DNA from: Gnetum montanum
Taxonomy: Eukaryota > Plantae > Gnetophyta
Assembly: GCA_015680685.1 (NCBI GenBank)
Contig: MNCI01002996.1
Coordinates: forward strand, 619,472 to 683,471
DNA: 64,000 bases
Direction of reading: 5' to 3'
Shown in pieces: positions 1 to 12,776 of the stretch (position 1 is the stretch's first letter; every line of letters begins with the position of its first letter). A model generated the notes under the pieces. It was given only the letters and a program-made list of their open reading frames with translations. It made no database searches and was not told the DNA's origin. Position numbers and translations under genes: made by a program.

Positions 1-171
1 TACTTAACCATACAACCATGACAAATACAAGTAAGTCTGGGAAGACAACAAATGATTAACCTTAAGTGTTTCATAAGGCGTATAGGCACTTAGTCTGTGG
101 AGTTTGACCGAATCGTGCGTGTAATGCTCGTATTCGTATGGTTGAGTGTAGGGGTACCTCACCACTCATCA
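1..171 (+). mobile_element. 3' end of an Athila-like LTR (runs off the window start), inserted into the gag relic that follows
   Basis: Ends ...gtatggttgagtgtaggggtacctcaccactcatca, the family terminus shared with nine other LTR copies in the window. Confidence 0.85.
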
Positions 172-2605
172 TTAGGTAAATGTAACAAGATTGGGCATTA
201 GCCTTTGGGATGATTATATAGGTAAACATCACATTGATACTTATGATTTGTAGTTAATCCCCTATCCTTATTTTCTTCAGGCCTTCTCTCTTATTGTCGA
301 ATGGTGTTCTATCCTATTTCTAGGTTTGGTATCCTCTATTTGTTCTGGTTGTTAGAGTTATCTTGTGTGGTTTTCCCTCTAATAATGTTTACATATTCTC
401 CACATTTTTCATGTACCCACTCCATCATATTATTGATCTTTACCTCAATTTCATCTAATGATTTTAGTATTGGCAAAGTTGAGGGCAGTTCCACCTCCCC
501 GAGGTGAGTTGATTTCTCCTCTTCATGATTATGGACCTTCATTACTTTAAGATTTTAGTCCTATTGAGATATTTCAACATTCTCCCATTTGGCTATTTCT
601 CCTTCTTCTTTTACTACTTGCTTAATAAGCTCTTGGAATTGGTGGGTTTGTAGTTCATATAGCTAACCTAGGGCATACATCCCTAGGGTCTCCCTCGTTT
701 CATTATAGAGCCCATCCATGATGTGACATATTAACCTTTCCTCGGAGAACCCATGGCCTAGGCATTTATTTAACAATGAGTAATATCTTTCTAGGGCCAT
801 GTCCAAGGATTCATGTTGTCCTTATTTTTACTTTTGCACTGATTTGATATCTTTCATTGAAGAGTTCTACCATTGTAGGCCAACGACAAATTGAATTTTG
901 TTTTAAAGACCTTTAGCACACTTTTGCTTAGCCAATGAGTGTCATAGGAAAGAGCTTAAGTTTTTTCCACCCATTTTCAATGTTGTTCCATGCATAGGCA
1001 TCATAGAAGGCTTGTAAATGATGTTGCAGATCTAAATCATAACCTCGTGAGAACTTAGGAAAGTTGTTTAAATCAAGCTTGGGCAGATGGATTTCCTTAC
1101 AATGCCTGCAGGATATCTGAATGGCCTCTATTATATGCATTAGGCTCTTAGTGGCTAGTAGGCATTCATCGTTACTAAATAGGTCATGAGTTCGTGAGTT
1201 GGGATGATGTTGCCTATGTTCATGTTGGCATTCCTGATTTTGCTTGTGGGTTTGATTTTTATTTTTACACCAACCCCTTAAGGAATAGTCATACACGTCA
1301 TGCCTCGATGTTGAAAGAGCAGAGGAAGAGAGAGAACTAGAAGACTGATCATGACTTTTATAAGTCTCCCAACCATCCCCTGATGTACTCTTGCTAACCA
1401 TTAAGAAGGTCCCAGGCCTTATGGGCCTCCTTATTCTAGGGGATGTCCCATCTTCACTAGAGGTGTCTGAGTTGGATGACAAAAGTCCTTGAGTATCATT
1501 GGGGTGTCTATGAACATATGAAACTCCCACATAAGATTGAGTACTTCAAACTTCTTCTATATCATAAATTTCATTGGTTCTCCAATGAATTACCTCACTA
1601 GATGTTGCGTTATCATTGTCTTGTGAAAGAGACATTGTTGTGAATTGTGTGTGACTTAATTGAATTTAATTCCTTTTTCAAAAAGATATATCATTAATAC
1701 CTTGTTACAACAATCTTGTATGATGTAACTAATCTAGATAACTAGCACCATCCCCAACAATGATGCCAATGATGAGTGGTGAGCTACCCCTATGCTCAAC
1801 CATACAAATACAAGCGTGTACACATGATTCGATTAAACTCTGTGGATGGACTAGTTGTGGCACCTAGATAGTTATACATTGATTGCAATTCACTATCTTC
1901 CCACCTAGACCAGTATTTGCTTTGTCATGTATGGTTTAGTCTAGAGTGAGGTGTATGATGTGGTTTCTATTACTATGCTACTCCTAAGGACAATAAGAAA
2001 TAACTTAATTAAGCTAATGAGCAATAGGAAATAAGATCAAAGCGAGCCTAAGTGCGATGAGCATTCCTCCTTAATCATCTGCATGTATCCTGGAATTCAT
2101 GTACTACTTCTGGGATCACCAAGTGCACATTACTCAAAGCACTACTTGATACGCTACTACATTACCACATAGTTACACTTAAATGTTCATGATTAAGGCA
2201 TACTCATTCTGCGTCATAACAGAAATAGTAAATGACAATAAAAGACATGTTAACTAAGAAAAAAATAATAAATAATAAATAATTAAAATAAATTAAAAGC
2301 TAAGTGAATGCTACAATGATGGAGTAATCTCAATCTTTATTGTTGATCGTGTGTGTGTCCAAGTATGTCACACTCAAATAAAGATTATATTTAGTTACAA
2401 GCATCACACCACTAGCATGCACTTGGGAAAAAATTGAAAATTGACAAAAGACTCAACCCCAAAAGACTGACTCCTAATTAACTAACTTTCCCCTCACTGT
2501 GTGCTTGAGTGCTATATTTATAGGCTAAAACAAGAATCATGATATCATATTCAGGTTGCGATATCGAGTACCCAATATTGGGGTCTGGCAAACCACAATT
2601 TATCA
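172..2605 (-). mobile_element. 5' part of an Athila-like Ty3/gypsy element: 5' LTR (2605-1770), PBS (1768-1751), decayed gag (ATG at 1635)
   Basis: LTR runs TGATAA...CTCATCA on the minus strand. It is followed by tggcatcattgttgggga, a decayed Athila-type tRNA-Asp PBS (TGGCGCCGTTGCCGGGGA). ORF 928-1530 contains NFPKFSRGYDLDLQHHLQAFYDAY...KLKLFPMTL (retrotransposon gag core). A Cx2Cx3Hx4C-like knuckle lies near 190-240. Confidence 0.8.
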
Positions 2606-5600
2606 ACTACTATGTTCAACAACCTATTTCTCTAAATGGTTCTACTTCCTCTACCTTGAATCACTACTATTACTCTCCTGAATATCATCAACCCACAACA
2701 TCTCCTATGGGATCACCATCTCAAACCTCTTATCCTCTGCTACATCCTCAATATTTTTATACTTCACTCCACCATATGTCATCACCAACAACACAAGAAG
2801 GATTGGCACCACAACATCAATGGAAGAATGCCACTTCTGTTATGAACATATAAGTAAATGATAATGTTATAAGATCTTAGCAAAAGTCTTGAAAACGTTC
2901 CTTATTTAGGATAATTTCCACACATGGGCACAAAACTCATAGACCTACTAGCTCATCAAAACCAGCATAAGGCCAACCAAGTGCAACATCCTTTCTTACC
3001 AAAACAATGTATCCCAATCCTACGCAAGATCCAACACTCATTATCACTCCAATGCAAAACATAATAGATGAACCTATCACTATGGAGAGCTAAGTAATTC
3101 CATGCATTACTAATGATAAAGAAGGGTGCAGTTGTGGATCGACACTTCAAAATGACAATTGAGTCATGACACCAGCCCACACCAAATATGAAATACAAGT
3201 GTGTGCACAAGAGAAAGCAAGGGCCACTAAACCAAAAGACACCTAGTGGCTACAAATTGAGAACGTAAAAGTATCTGAAACATGCATGGAAACATCTAAA
3301 CCACTTGTTAATTCTCATTCTAAGAAAATAACCCCAATTAAGAACTTACAAATGGAAATACTAAATCATAATCATACATCAATAAAAAGAGGAACTAAGT
3401 ACTTAGATGATAAAAATTAAACTACCATCAAAATTACATGGGATAATAACAAAAAAGTTAAATCAATAAAGATGGTAAGTGAACCACCTACAGTGTACGA
3501 TCCAAGAGATCTAGGAATCATTTTCAGAACACTTGCCCATGAGTTTAGTCGTCGGGAAGATGCCTTACCTTAATTCTAGAATGAATAAGTGTTTTTCCAT
3601 TTTTTATTTTTTTCACATTTTTTAATCTTTTCTCATTCTTTGATACTTTTCATTTCTTGAATTTTTGATATTCTTTTATCTCTTTCAATTCTTTCACATT
3701 TTCAATTCTTTTAACATTTTTCATTCTTTATACTTTTCACAATTTTTATTATCTTTTTCATTTCTTTTATACTTTGTTTTCAAACCCTTTATATCATTAT
3801 GATTACTCATAAGACACATTAAGAATAAAGTAAGATGTAGTCCCAATAAGGTGAAGATTTCTCTATATTATCAATCATAAGGAATTGATTATCTATATAG
3901 TGAGACCACACTATCCATCCACCCATTCCAATAATAAGAGGTTCTTACCATGGCAATAATGATATTCTTTTCATAATCAAACTAAGAATAAACTTATGAT
4001 CATTATGCCTAGACAAAAGAGTGAAGAACCAACTGGGAATGCAAAGGGTGTGACATTAAGGGGATTTTGTGGATTCTTTTGGACCACTATTGTATGTTTT
4101 ATCATGTTGCTAAGGAAATATTATATCCTTGTAGATCTAACAAAAAATGGGAGTAAGAGTACAATAAGTGTTACCTTACCATGTCATTGGAAAGACATGT
4201 TACCCATGCCTGATGGTAGGCAACTTCTTAGGAATCAAAAACATGTAATGAATAAATTCCTCTCTTGGATAATATGCTAAGTGGTAATGCTCCTTGTAAT
4301 AGTGGTAGTCTTATGGTTGTAAATCCAAGAGATGAAACAATGTGATGTCACTAGAAAGTGGTCTAGACTTGGTTTGAATCTTGGAAAAAAGGACTAATGA
4401 TTACTTTAATGATTAATAACACATAAGGATTCATTATGCATATGGTAACATACCTCACATCCCAATTTTAGCAATCCTTTCTACAATCTATCTCACCTCA
4501 CTGTATATGTAATCATAACTTGTCATTTTGTATAATATAGCATTATTTTCCCAACCTGGTAACACTAACATGTGTGTTTTGCTAAATAGGTATGTCTTAC
4601 ATCCAACTCCTTAAGTGCCTAAGGACACTTTTTGACATGGTTATACAAGGGCATTAAGGGTTGGAGCCTGCTTTGGGGAGGATCCACTTGTATAACTCTT
4701 GTATTTCATACTTGCTATGCAATTCCACATCATCTTGTGCCTTTTGAAACATCTAATAAACTTCCCATATCATCTAATAATATGTCCATACATCATAAAT
4801 TCATTATTTGTTTCTTATCCATATTATAAACTTTTGCTACTCAAGATTCCTTCCTCATGAACCTTGAATGATAAATTATTGAAAATAGTGTAGCGCTCAT
4901 GGCCATGACCCTCTACACAAGCTTTACATCTTCTTGACATTTTATTTGACTCATTTTTTCCAAGAAAAATTAATGAAAATTTTGAACTTTTTAATGGTGA
5001 CATTGTAGTTACAATGTCGTAGGCACCTATGATGTTGTATCTATGATGTTTGATCTACAATGTCACACACATAAAAATAATATATATATGTGTCGGAGTT
5101 AGTGAAATTTTTCATTTCTCTCATTTGTAGCAAGAGAATTTTTTGTAGTTTTTACCTCAGCCCTCTTGCACACTAGCTTCCAAAGGCCATAACTTCATCC
5201 TCATAGCTTTGATTTCCAAAATTCTTAAATCCTATTGATCCTAGAGTGTTCAACTTAGTCATAGGGGGTGCATTGTGTGATATAAGCAAAAATTTGAAAA
5301 TTTGAGCCAAAAATTCTTAATGCCAGAAGATACTATAAAGGGTAAGTACAAGGAGATAATAAGAACCTTAAAGTTAATCAATCAAACTAAGGCCAGAAAG
5401 ATTCAAATAAGACTCCTAATAGACCATATCAACTATTTTAGGCCATAATAAGCAAGGAAAATGATAGAAGGTCATAAGTAACAAAAAGATATAACACTTA
5501 AGGAGTTTCTTTTTTGCAAATTTTTCTAGCTCTACAATCATAATATGATAAGAACTTGATCTAACCAAGGGTCTGAGCAAGGTAAAGAACTATTAAGAAT

Positions 5601-7041
5601 TGATAGGAACATCCTAATAATTTCAAATCCTTGCTGATTACAAATGGCCTTGAAGAGGATACCAGAAGGAGGACCTTCACAACACAAAAGCAAAAGAGCA
5701 AAACAGTGTTGAATGAAACTTAGGAGAAACCTACCAATTCTAGCAAAACAAATAGGCTAATGCTATAGTGTCATACTCAGTAGAGAGGGCATATGGAAAA
5801 AGAAGACAAGGATAGAAGAGGAGAAACTTTCCAAAAGCCTAATGATAAAGAAAAGAAGTCGATGGAAGAGTCACCACTACCCAAAATATGAACTACATCA
5901 AGCCACTTCAAATTTTGTTTTTGTTTTGTCACGTAACTGTGTCATTTTTGTACACACTACTATGGCACTCAGAATCAGTTAGTAGGTTGCATCAATTAAT
6001 AATCCCATCATTCCTAATTTTTTGTAAAGAAAGCTTGGTCCTATCCTATTAACTCAAGGATGAGTTTCTACTCAATTGTGGGGGTATGAGGAAGCATTTG
6101 TTGGCTACATCAACGTAGCCATGTTGAGGTAGATGCCTTGATGCATCTATTAGTGAAAAAGTTAATTTTTGTCCACCAATGATATCATAGTTATGATATC
6201 ATATCTACGATGTCGTAGGTGCAATATCGTATCCCATGATACATTATCGTATTAACAATATCATAGGATGCATGCTTGTCTATAAATACAACACTTGGGC
6301 ACACAATCCGAAGAAGCTTTATTCCACCATTAGGTAGATTCTTGTAGTTTCGTTTTGTGGTTTTAGTCATAGAGTGAATGCTTGCAGTGTGGTGTTGAGT
6401 AGTTGTACGAAATATTTATTCAAGTGAAGTGTACCTAGGCATAGTTTATGTCTAGAAATAAAGATCGAGATTGCTTTTCATTATTGCAATATCCACTTAG
6501 TTTTATTGTTTTACTTAGCATAGCTTTTATTGTTTTCTTAGTTTAATCATTTACATTTCCAAATACTTTACTTTCTTGTTCATTAGTAAAGCAAACTGAG
6601 TATGATTGGTTTCAAGCATTTAAGTGTAATCGTTTGGTAATCCCAATAGTTTTATTGCTTGGTTTACCCAATAGCATAACGCTTGGTAACCCAGTAATAA
6701 TTACGTGAGCCCAAGGTGTGTACGGTAATCCAGGACTAGATGCTCATCACTCTAGGCAAGTTTAGATTTACCTTCTTATTGTTAGTTAGATTAAATATTT
6801 AATTTCTCTATTATTGTTGAGATTAGTTTAAGGCCACAAAAACATCAATTATCATATGCCTCACTTTCGACTAAACCGTACATAACAAAGCTACCACTAG
6901 TCCAAGTGGGAAGACAACGTTCTGCAATCAATGCTTAACAATCTTAATGCCACAACTAGTCCCATCCATGGAATTCAATTGGATCCTACGTGAACACTTG
7001 TGATTTGTATGGTTGGGCATAGGGGTACCAGCCGCTCATTA
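2606..7041 (+). mobile_element. 3' internal region plus PPT and 3' LTR (6087-7041) of an Athila-like element; paralogous to 38139-43713
   Basis: Colinear similarity with 38139-43713 over about 4.4 kb. PPT-like gtgggggta at 6078-6086 directly precedes TGAG. The LTR has ctataaata and ends ggggtaccagccgctcatta. Confidence 0.8.
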
Positions 7042-10024
7042 ATTTGGGATACCATATGATCAAGAACATCCTAGACAGGTACCTATTCTACTGATCATAC
7101 ATTGAGGATCTTGCCAACTACCATAGAGATTAGCATGGGCTATAACTATACATTAATCATAAAGAATGACCTTGAAAAAAGCATATGTAGATGTCTGCAA
7201 TAAAGAAACAACAAGCCTTATGCTTGTAGTACTATCTTGAGTGAAGAGTATTGATGGTTTGCAAGTATTCCCTCCAATCTCCAAAGAAATATATACCAAG
7301 ATATCAAAGGCTTTTCTTCTTCAAAGTAAATTACATGAAGAACAATGCATTAAGTCAAATGAAGAAAAATTTATCAATTTGAATGTTATGAATCTATACT
7401 ATCATGGATGTCTAAACATGTATCATTATGCATTTTTTCAATTTTGAGTGTTTGAATATTCATCAATCATCATGCATTTTTCCTGTTTTTAATTTTTGAA
7501 TAATCAATAGACTTTTGTTACAATATTCTCTATTTATTCTGTTGTACATTTTGATAAAAATTTATTAACTTTAGTAATATAATGTATAACTTATCAACTA
7601 CCTTCATTAAATTGGGTTGATGCACAACTATAAATATTATGTTCTTAATTTCTTTTTTTTTTAAATGATTCCTTTAAGCAATACTAGTAGTCACTAATTT
7701 GGTTATGTATTTATAATATTTATCTATAATTTGGTAGAGAGAATCTTCTTTGTTGACGAGTAATAAGATATTTGTACCAAATATTTCACGAACTCTAGTT
7801 GAATAATAGGATTGGTAAATTAAAATTTTCATGATTTCTAGATATAGAATAAAATTTGTGTATTAAAATTTTTATGATTACCTAATGAAAAACAAAATTT
7901 TTGCATCATCCATTATATGTTCTCACTCAATCAAATTTGTTCTTTGCTTTGTGTTCTTACAAGCATTGCAAATTTGGTTATGAGGGAGAACATATGATAG
8001 ATAATGTAAAAATTTTGTTCTTCATCTAATAATCATGATACACAAATCTTGTTTGTCATATAGAAGTGATAAAAATTTTAATCTATTAGCATTGTTATAC
8101 TTAGGAATCACATCAAAAGTTGCTTTAGGAAATTTGTAGCTTGGTTTCTATTCAAGGATGGAAGAGAGAGAAATGTTTGCACAAAGATGGTTATATAAAG
8201 GTCTACATAATGAAAACAGCGTAAAGTGGCTCCTTTCCAAAAAAAATGTTTTTTTTTTATTTATGACATATTGAAGAAGAAAGTTGTTATGCAAAGTATG
8301 AAAAAGATAGACAAATGATTAACATATACAAAAATAATTAAATGATTGTTCTTAGGTGAATCCTAAAGCAAAAGTAACAAAAGTGAAGGTAGCAAGTATA
8401 GTTCTTAATGCAAAAATAACCAAAATCAAGGTAGTAGGTATGGTTAGTAAAAAAATAATTAGTAAAAGTTAACAACTATAGTTCCATGAAAAGTGATTAA
8501 GAAAAGTTCAAGGTAGCAGGAATGAAAAGTGATTAATAAAAGTCAAGGTAGTAGGTATGGTTGGTTGAAAATTGATTCAATTATTGCTTTCACAATTTTA
8601 GGTCATTTCACTTAAATCTGTGTTAAAGCATGGTAATGCTTGTCTCATTTTTCTCAAAAGAATCAAATAATATTTACCATTAATTTGCATGATAGCTGAA
8701 GGTTAAAGGCTAAAGCTTGAGGGAGAAAAAATTAAATCTATACTTTGTATAATATCAACGAAACTATTCCAACTTAACAAAAAAATACTAATGAATGTGG
8801 AAGGACATACTTAGTCCTGTAATAGGCCTCGTTTCCCTCAGCTAATAAGACTTCAATGTTATATTCCACAAGCAAATAATGAAAAGGCCTTACGTGATCG
8901 TAAGAGCGTTGACTAACAGATAAAGTGTCGTTACTGTTGTCTATAGTTTTTATAACGTATGATGTTACTGCCCACTTTGATTGGTAATGATTGTAGCATG
9001 TGAACAGCCCAAAGAGACCATTTTGCAGTATTCTATCTAGCGAAAGAAACGCCTGTTAAAGGTACACCCGTGTACAGGTTCGCTTTGAAAATTAACAAAG
9101 TAGCTACGCCGCTTTGAAAATTTACAAAATACCTACGCCATTTCACGCCGACATGGCTTTTCTAGAAGCACCGTTGGAGTTCTATGAAAGACCAAACTCT
9201 ATCGCCGACAGATGGATGAGTTTCCAGATGAAAGGAGAATTTACATCTCAGAGACGAACTGAAGTGAAAGCTTGGCCACACAAGCAGCCCCCCCTTTCAA
9301 ACGCATGACTTGGTATCAGAGGAGGGAAACGCTGAAAAAACGGAGTTGCAGACATTGTTGCGGCAATAGGGGCTCAGCACAGCCAGACGACGAATAGATT
9401 GAGGGATTTTTTTATCCCGTAATCCGTGCAAAATTCTTATTTAGCGGCAGCGGCGAGTCAGTCTACTTGTACGTTTAGAATGTTAATCCCGGTCTCTCGC
9501 CCACTAACAATACATTTTTAAGATAAAGAAGAATCATGCAAAAATTGGCCAGACGCAATTATTCTGGGGAAAATTTTTAAGGTGAAAAAACTCAGCAAAA
9601 AATCTCGTTATTGGACCGTTATCTTGAAGTAAAGAGAGAACTGATAAATACAATGGAGAAAAATTGCAGGTGAGAATTGCAGTTTAGACCTTGACTAATT
9701 GTTGTTACAAGGATGTTCCCTTGAAGCTCCTTATATGTTACTAGGGTTACAAAAGTAAACCCAAGATAAAAAGGAATATGGTAATTTATTTTTGGTGTAG
9801 ATTACCATGGCAACGAAAATTAAAACAAAGGAAACATGAAGCAGATAAGAATAGCACATCGGAGTAAGGAATATCCGCGGTGGAGAAGAACAAGGCAGAT
9901 TTGACTTCATCCCTTCAACTGCTTGCCTTGTCCACCTTACATAGGACACTGTCATAGATTATAAAGTTGGCGCACAGAAAACCAAATGCTGCTCAATGCT
10001 CACTGACCAAGCCAAGCAATAACA

Positions 10025-12776
10025 ATGGCTGCTCTGTATCATATGCTAGTTTTGTTATTTTTGTCTGGTTTTCTTGCTTCTATTGTGTTAGCAGCAACTC
10101 AAGGCGCAGCTATCAATCACAACTCTAGGATACTGCTCCAGAATGGCCTTGGCAAGACACCTCCAATGGGGTATTTCGGTTTAGTTTGTTACAGTCATTA
10201 CAAGAATCGATGTTTGTGTATTTTGCCATAAAATGCTGCTGCTTCACATGGCTGCTGTGTTGATTGGATTTGCAGGTGGAATAGTTGGAACCACTTTGGC
10301 TGCAATATCAGCGAACTCAAAATCATAGAAATTGGTTAGTAGCTTTGGGTTATATAGGTTTTGGGTTAATAAATCTTTTTGTTTCTTGGGTTCTGATTTG
10401 TGCGTGGATTGATTGTGTCTGTAGCGGATTCCATGGTTTCCGCTGGCTTTGACAAGATTGGATACGTGTATGTGAATCTAGGTAAAATTTGACATTTTGA
10501 AGTTTACCTTTGATTTTTGCTTTTTTCGAAGCTTTGCCCTAAGGTTTTCGGTTTTGTGCAACAGATGATTGCTGGGCATCACCCAAGAGAGATAAAAATG
10601 TATGAACTATGAAAAGTACTTTTTTGTTTATGTTACTTCACAAAGTCAGGATTTGTTTCATATTGAAAGAAGCAAAAATGAATTTTACTTTGTTTGGCTT
10701 GATATTGCAGAATAGATTAGTGGCAAATCCTTCCACATTCCCATCAGGGATCAAAGCCCTAGCTGATTACATGCACGGCAAAAGCCTCAAGCTGGGCATT
10801 TATTCTGATGCAGGGTACTCAAACAGAGACTTGGGTCTTTTCCTGTCTTTGATTTATGCCATCGACTAAAAATTCAATACTTGTTTTCTCAGGTATTTAA
10901 CCTGTTCGGGAAAGCAGCCTGGATCATTAGGTTACGAAGAAATTGATGCTGCTACGTTTGCAGAATGGGTAATTTTGTTTTCTGTTCAGGACGGCTTGCA
11001 TTTCTGCAGTTTGTTGGTTAAACCCAGGTCATGTAGTAAAAAAATTTGTGCAGGGAGTAGACTATCTAAAATATGACAACTGCAAAAATGACGGCAGTAA
11101 GCCTCAAGTCAGGTATATTTTGCTACTTTATGCTAGAGTTTTCTCAGCTGTAAAAGAGAATATATATCTAAGTCAAAAGAACAATATCTGACCACTATGA
11201 TGTTAGGTATCCAAAGATGAGAGATGCTCTACTGAAAACAGGGCGGCCAATATTCTACTCTTTATGTGAGTGGTAAGCTGCTTCTTCCAGACTTTTAGTT
11301 ACGGTCTGCATTGTCCTGTTTTGGCTGCTACTGACTGATAGGTTTTCTATTTTAGTTTTCTAATGTGTTTAGTTACACAATTATAATCTCTGCCAAGGTT
11401 TGATCTCACTGATTTGGTTATGAGAAATCTTTCTTTTCAGGGGAGTAGATCATCCAGCAACCTGGGCAGAAGAAGTGGGAAACAGCTGGAGGACAACTCA
11501 AGATGTCATGAACAGTTGGCTTAGGTAACAGGATCTCTAATTCTCTTTTTATCTGATTGTGGATGCTGTTTCAAACTCCAAACATGGACAGCCAGTTTGA
11601 ATATTGAATCTGGTGCAGCATTCTATCAAGGGCGGAGCTCAATAATAGGTGGGCACAGTATGCGGGACCTGGTGGATGGAATGGTAAACCTTGACTAGTT
11701 GCTTTCCACTCACCAAGTTATGGAGGAAAAAGAATTGATGGTCTTGTCTAGAAAATTAAGTTTGAACCATAAACTGGTATCTTTATTTTATTCTTTGTGG
11801 ATTACAACCCAACAGACTGCCTTTTGTGTGGTTCAGATCCTGACATGTTAGAGATAGGAAATGGAGGAAACGTAACCAGGGAGGAATACGTGACACATTT
11901 CAGCCTATGGGCGCTCATGAAGGTGCAGTAACAGTAACATGAGCAAATGCAGTTTTTTATTCATGTCAGATCTTTACCTGACTTGCTAGAATGTCTTGAA
12001 ATTTCAACATGACACTGGAAAATATCACTTTCTGAAGTTTGTTTTGGGGGTATTGACACTTATTGCAGTGCAATGACTTTGCATGAATTTGTTTTGTTCA
12101 GGCACCCTTGTTGATTGGCTGTGATGTCACAAAGATGAGCGATGAGACAATAGAAATATTAAGCAACACGGAAGTTATTGCTGTCAACCAGGGTAAGTGA
12201 GATCCTACTTACAAAGTCAAAATGGTTGGAACTTGAAACCATCCATCCCCTCTGATTTTCATGATCATAATGTCCTTGCTGGTCACTATCAAATTGGCAG
12301 ATCCATTGGGAGTACAGGGCAGAAAGGTCAGCAGCAAAAACAACCTTGAGGTAATTTGTTAAGAAGAAGAAATCTAGGTTTTGCATTAGAATCAGACATA
12401 TTCATATTCAAGACTGATCCCACCAGGATCCTGGAATTCACAGGTATGGGCGGGACCCTTGCATGGAAACAGGACAGTAGTTCTTTTACTGAACAAAACG
12501 CTATCAAGAGCAACCATTACAGCCAAATGGAAGCATATTGGGTTTGATCTAGATGTTGAAGTCAAAGTGAGGGACTTGTGGAAGGTAAAACCTAAGCTTT
12601 TTAAGAGGCGTAATGATGAATTTCAGTTTCAATATTTCTAAATAAAACATGTGCATGACTTTTCTGTGATTCTGCAGCACAAGTATTTGGAAGGCACCCA
12701 CAAAGGAAGTCTCAGTGAATCTGTGAAACCCCATGCATGCAAGATGTATATATTTGAGAAGATTTCTCAGTCGTGA
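10025..12776 (+). CDS. AGAL: Alpha-galactosidase (glycoside hydrolase family 27), secreted, 405 aa, 15 exons: 10025-10170, 10276-10334, 10425-10481, 10565-10599, 10711-10814, 10893-10968, 11054-11112, 11207-11272, 11441-11524, 11619-11683, 11837-11922, 12102-12192, 12301-12350, 12444-12584, 12678-12776
   Basis: Exons joined at GT-AG sites give an open 1218-nt CDS. It has a signal peptide and the motifs [40 protein letters not shown] (nucleophile Asp), SWRTTQDV (acid/base Asp), [33 protein letters not shown] and VRDLW. TATA-like tataaa at about 9960. Confidence 0.97.

Noticed and set aside
9312-9322. tggtatcagag, matching a tRNA-iMet PBS
   Set aside because: No preceding LTR end or following gag; probably chance within the alpha-galactosidase upstream region.
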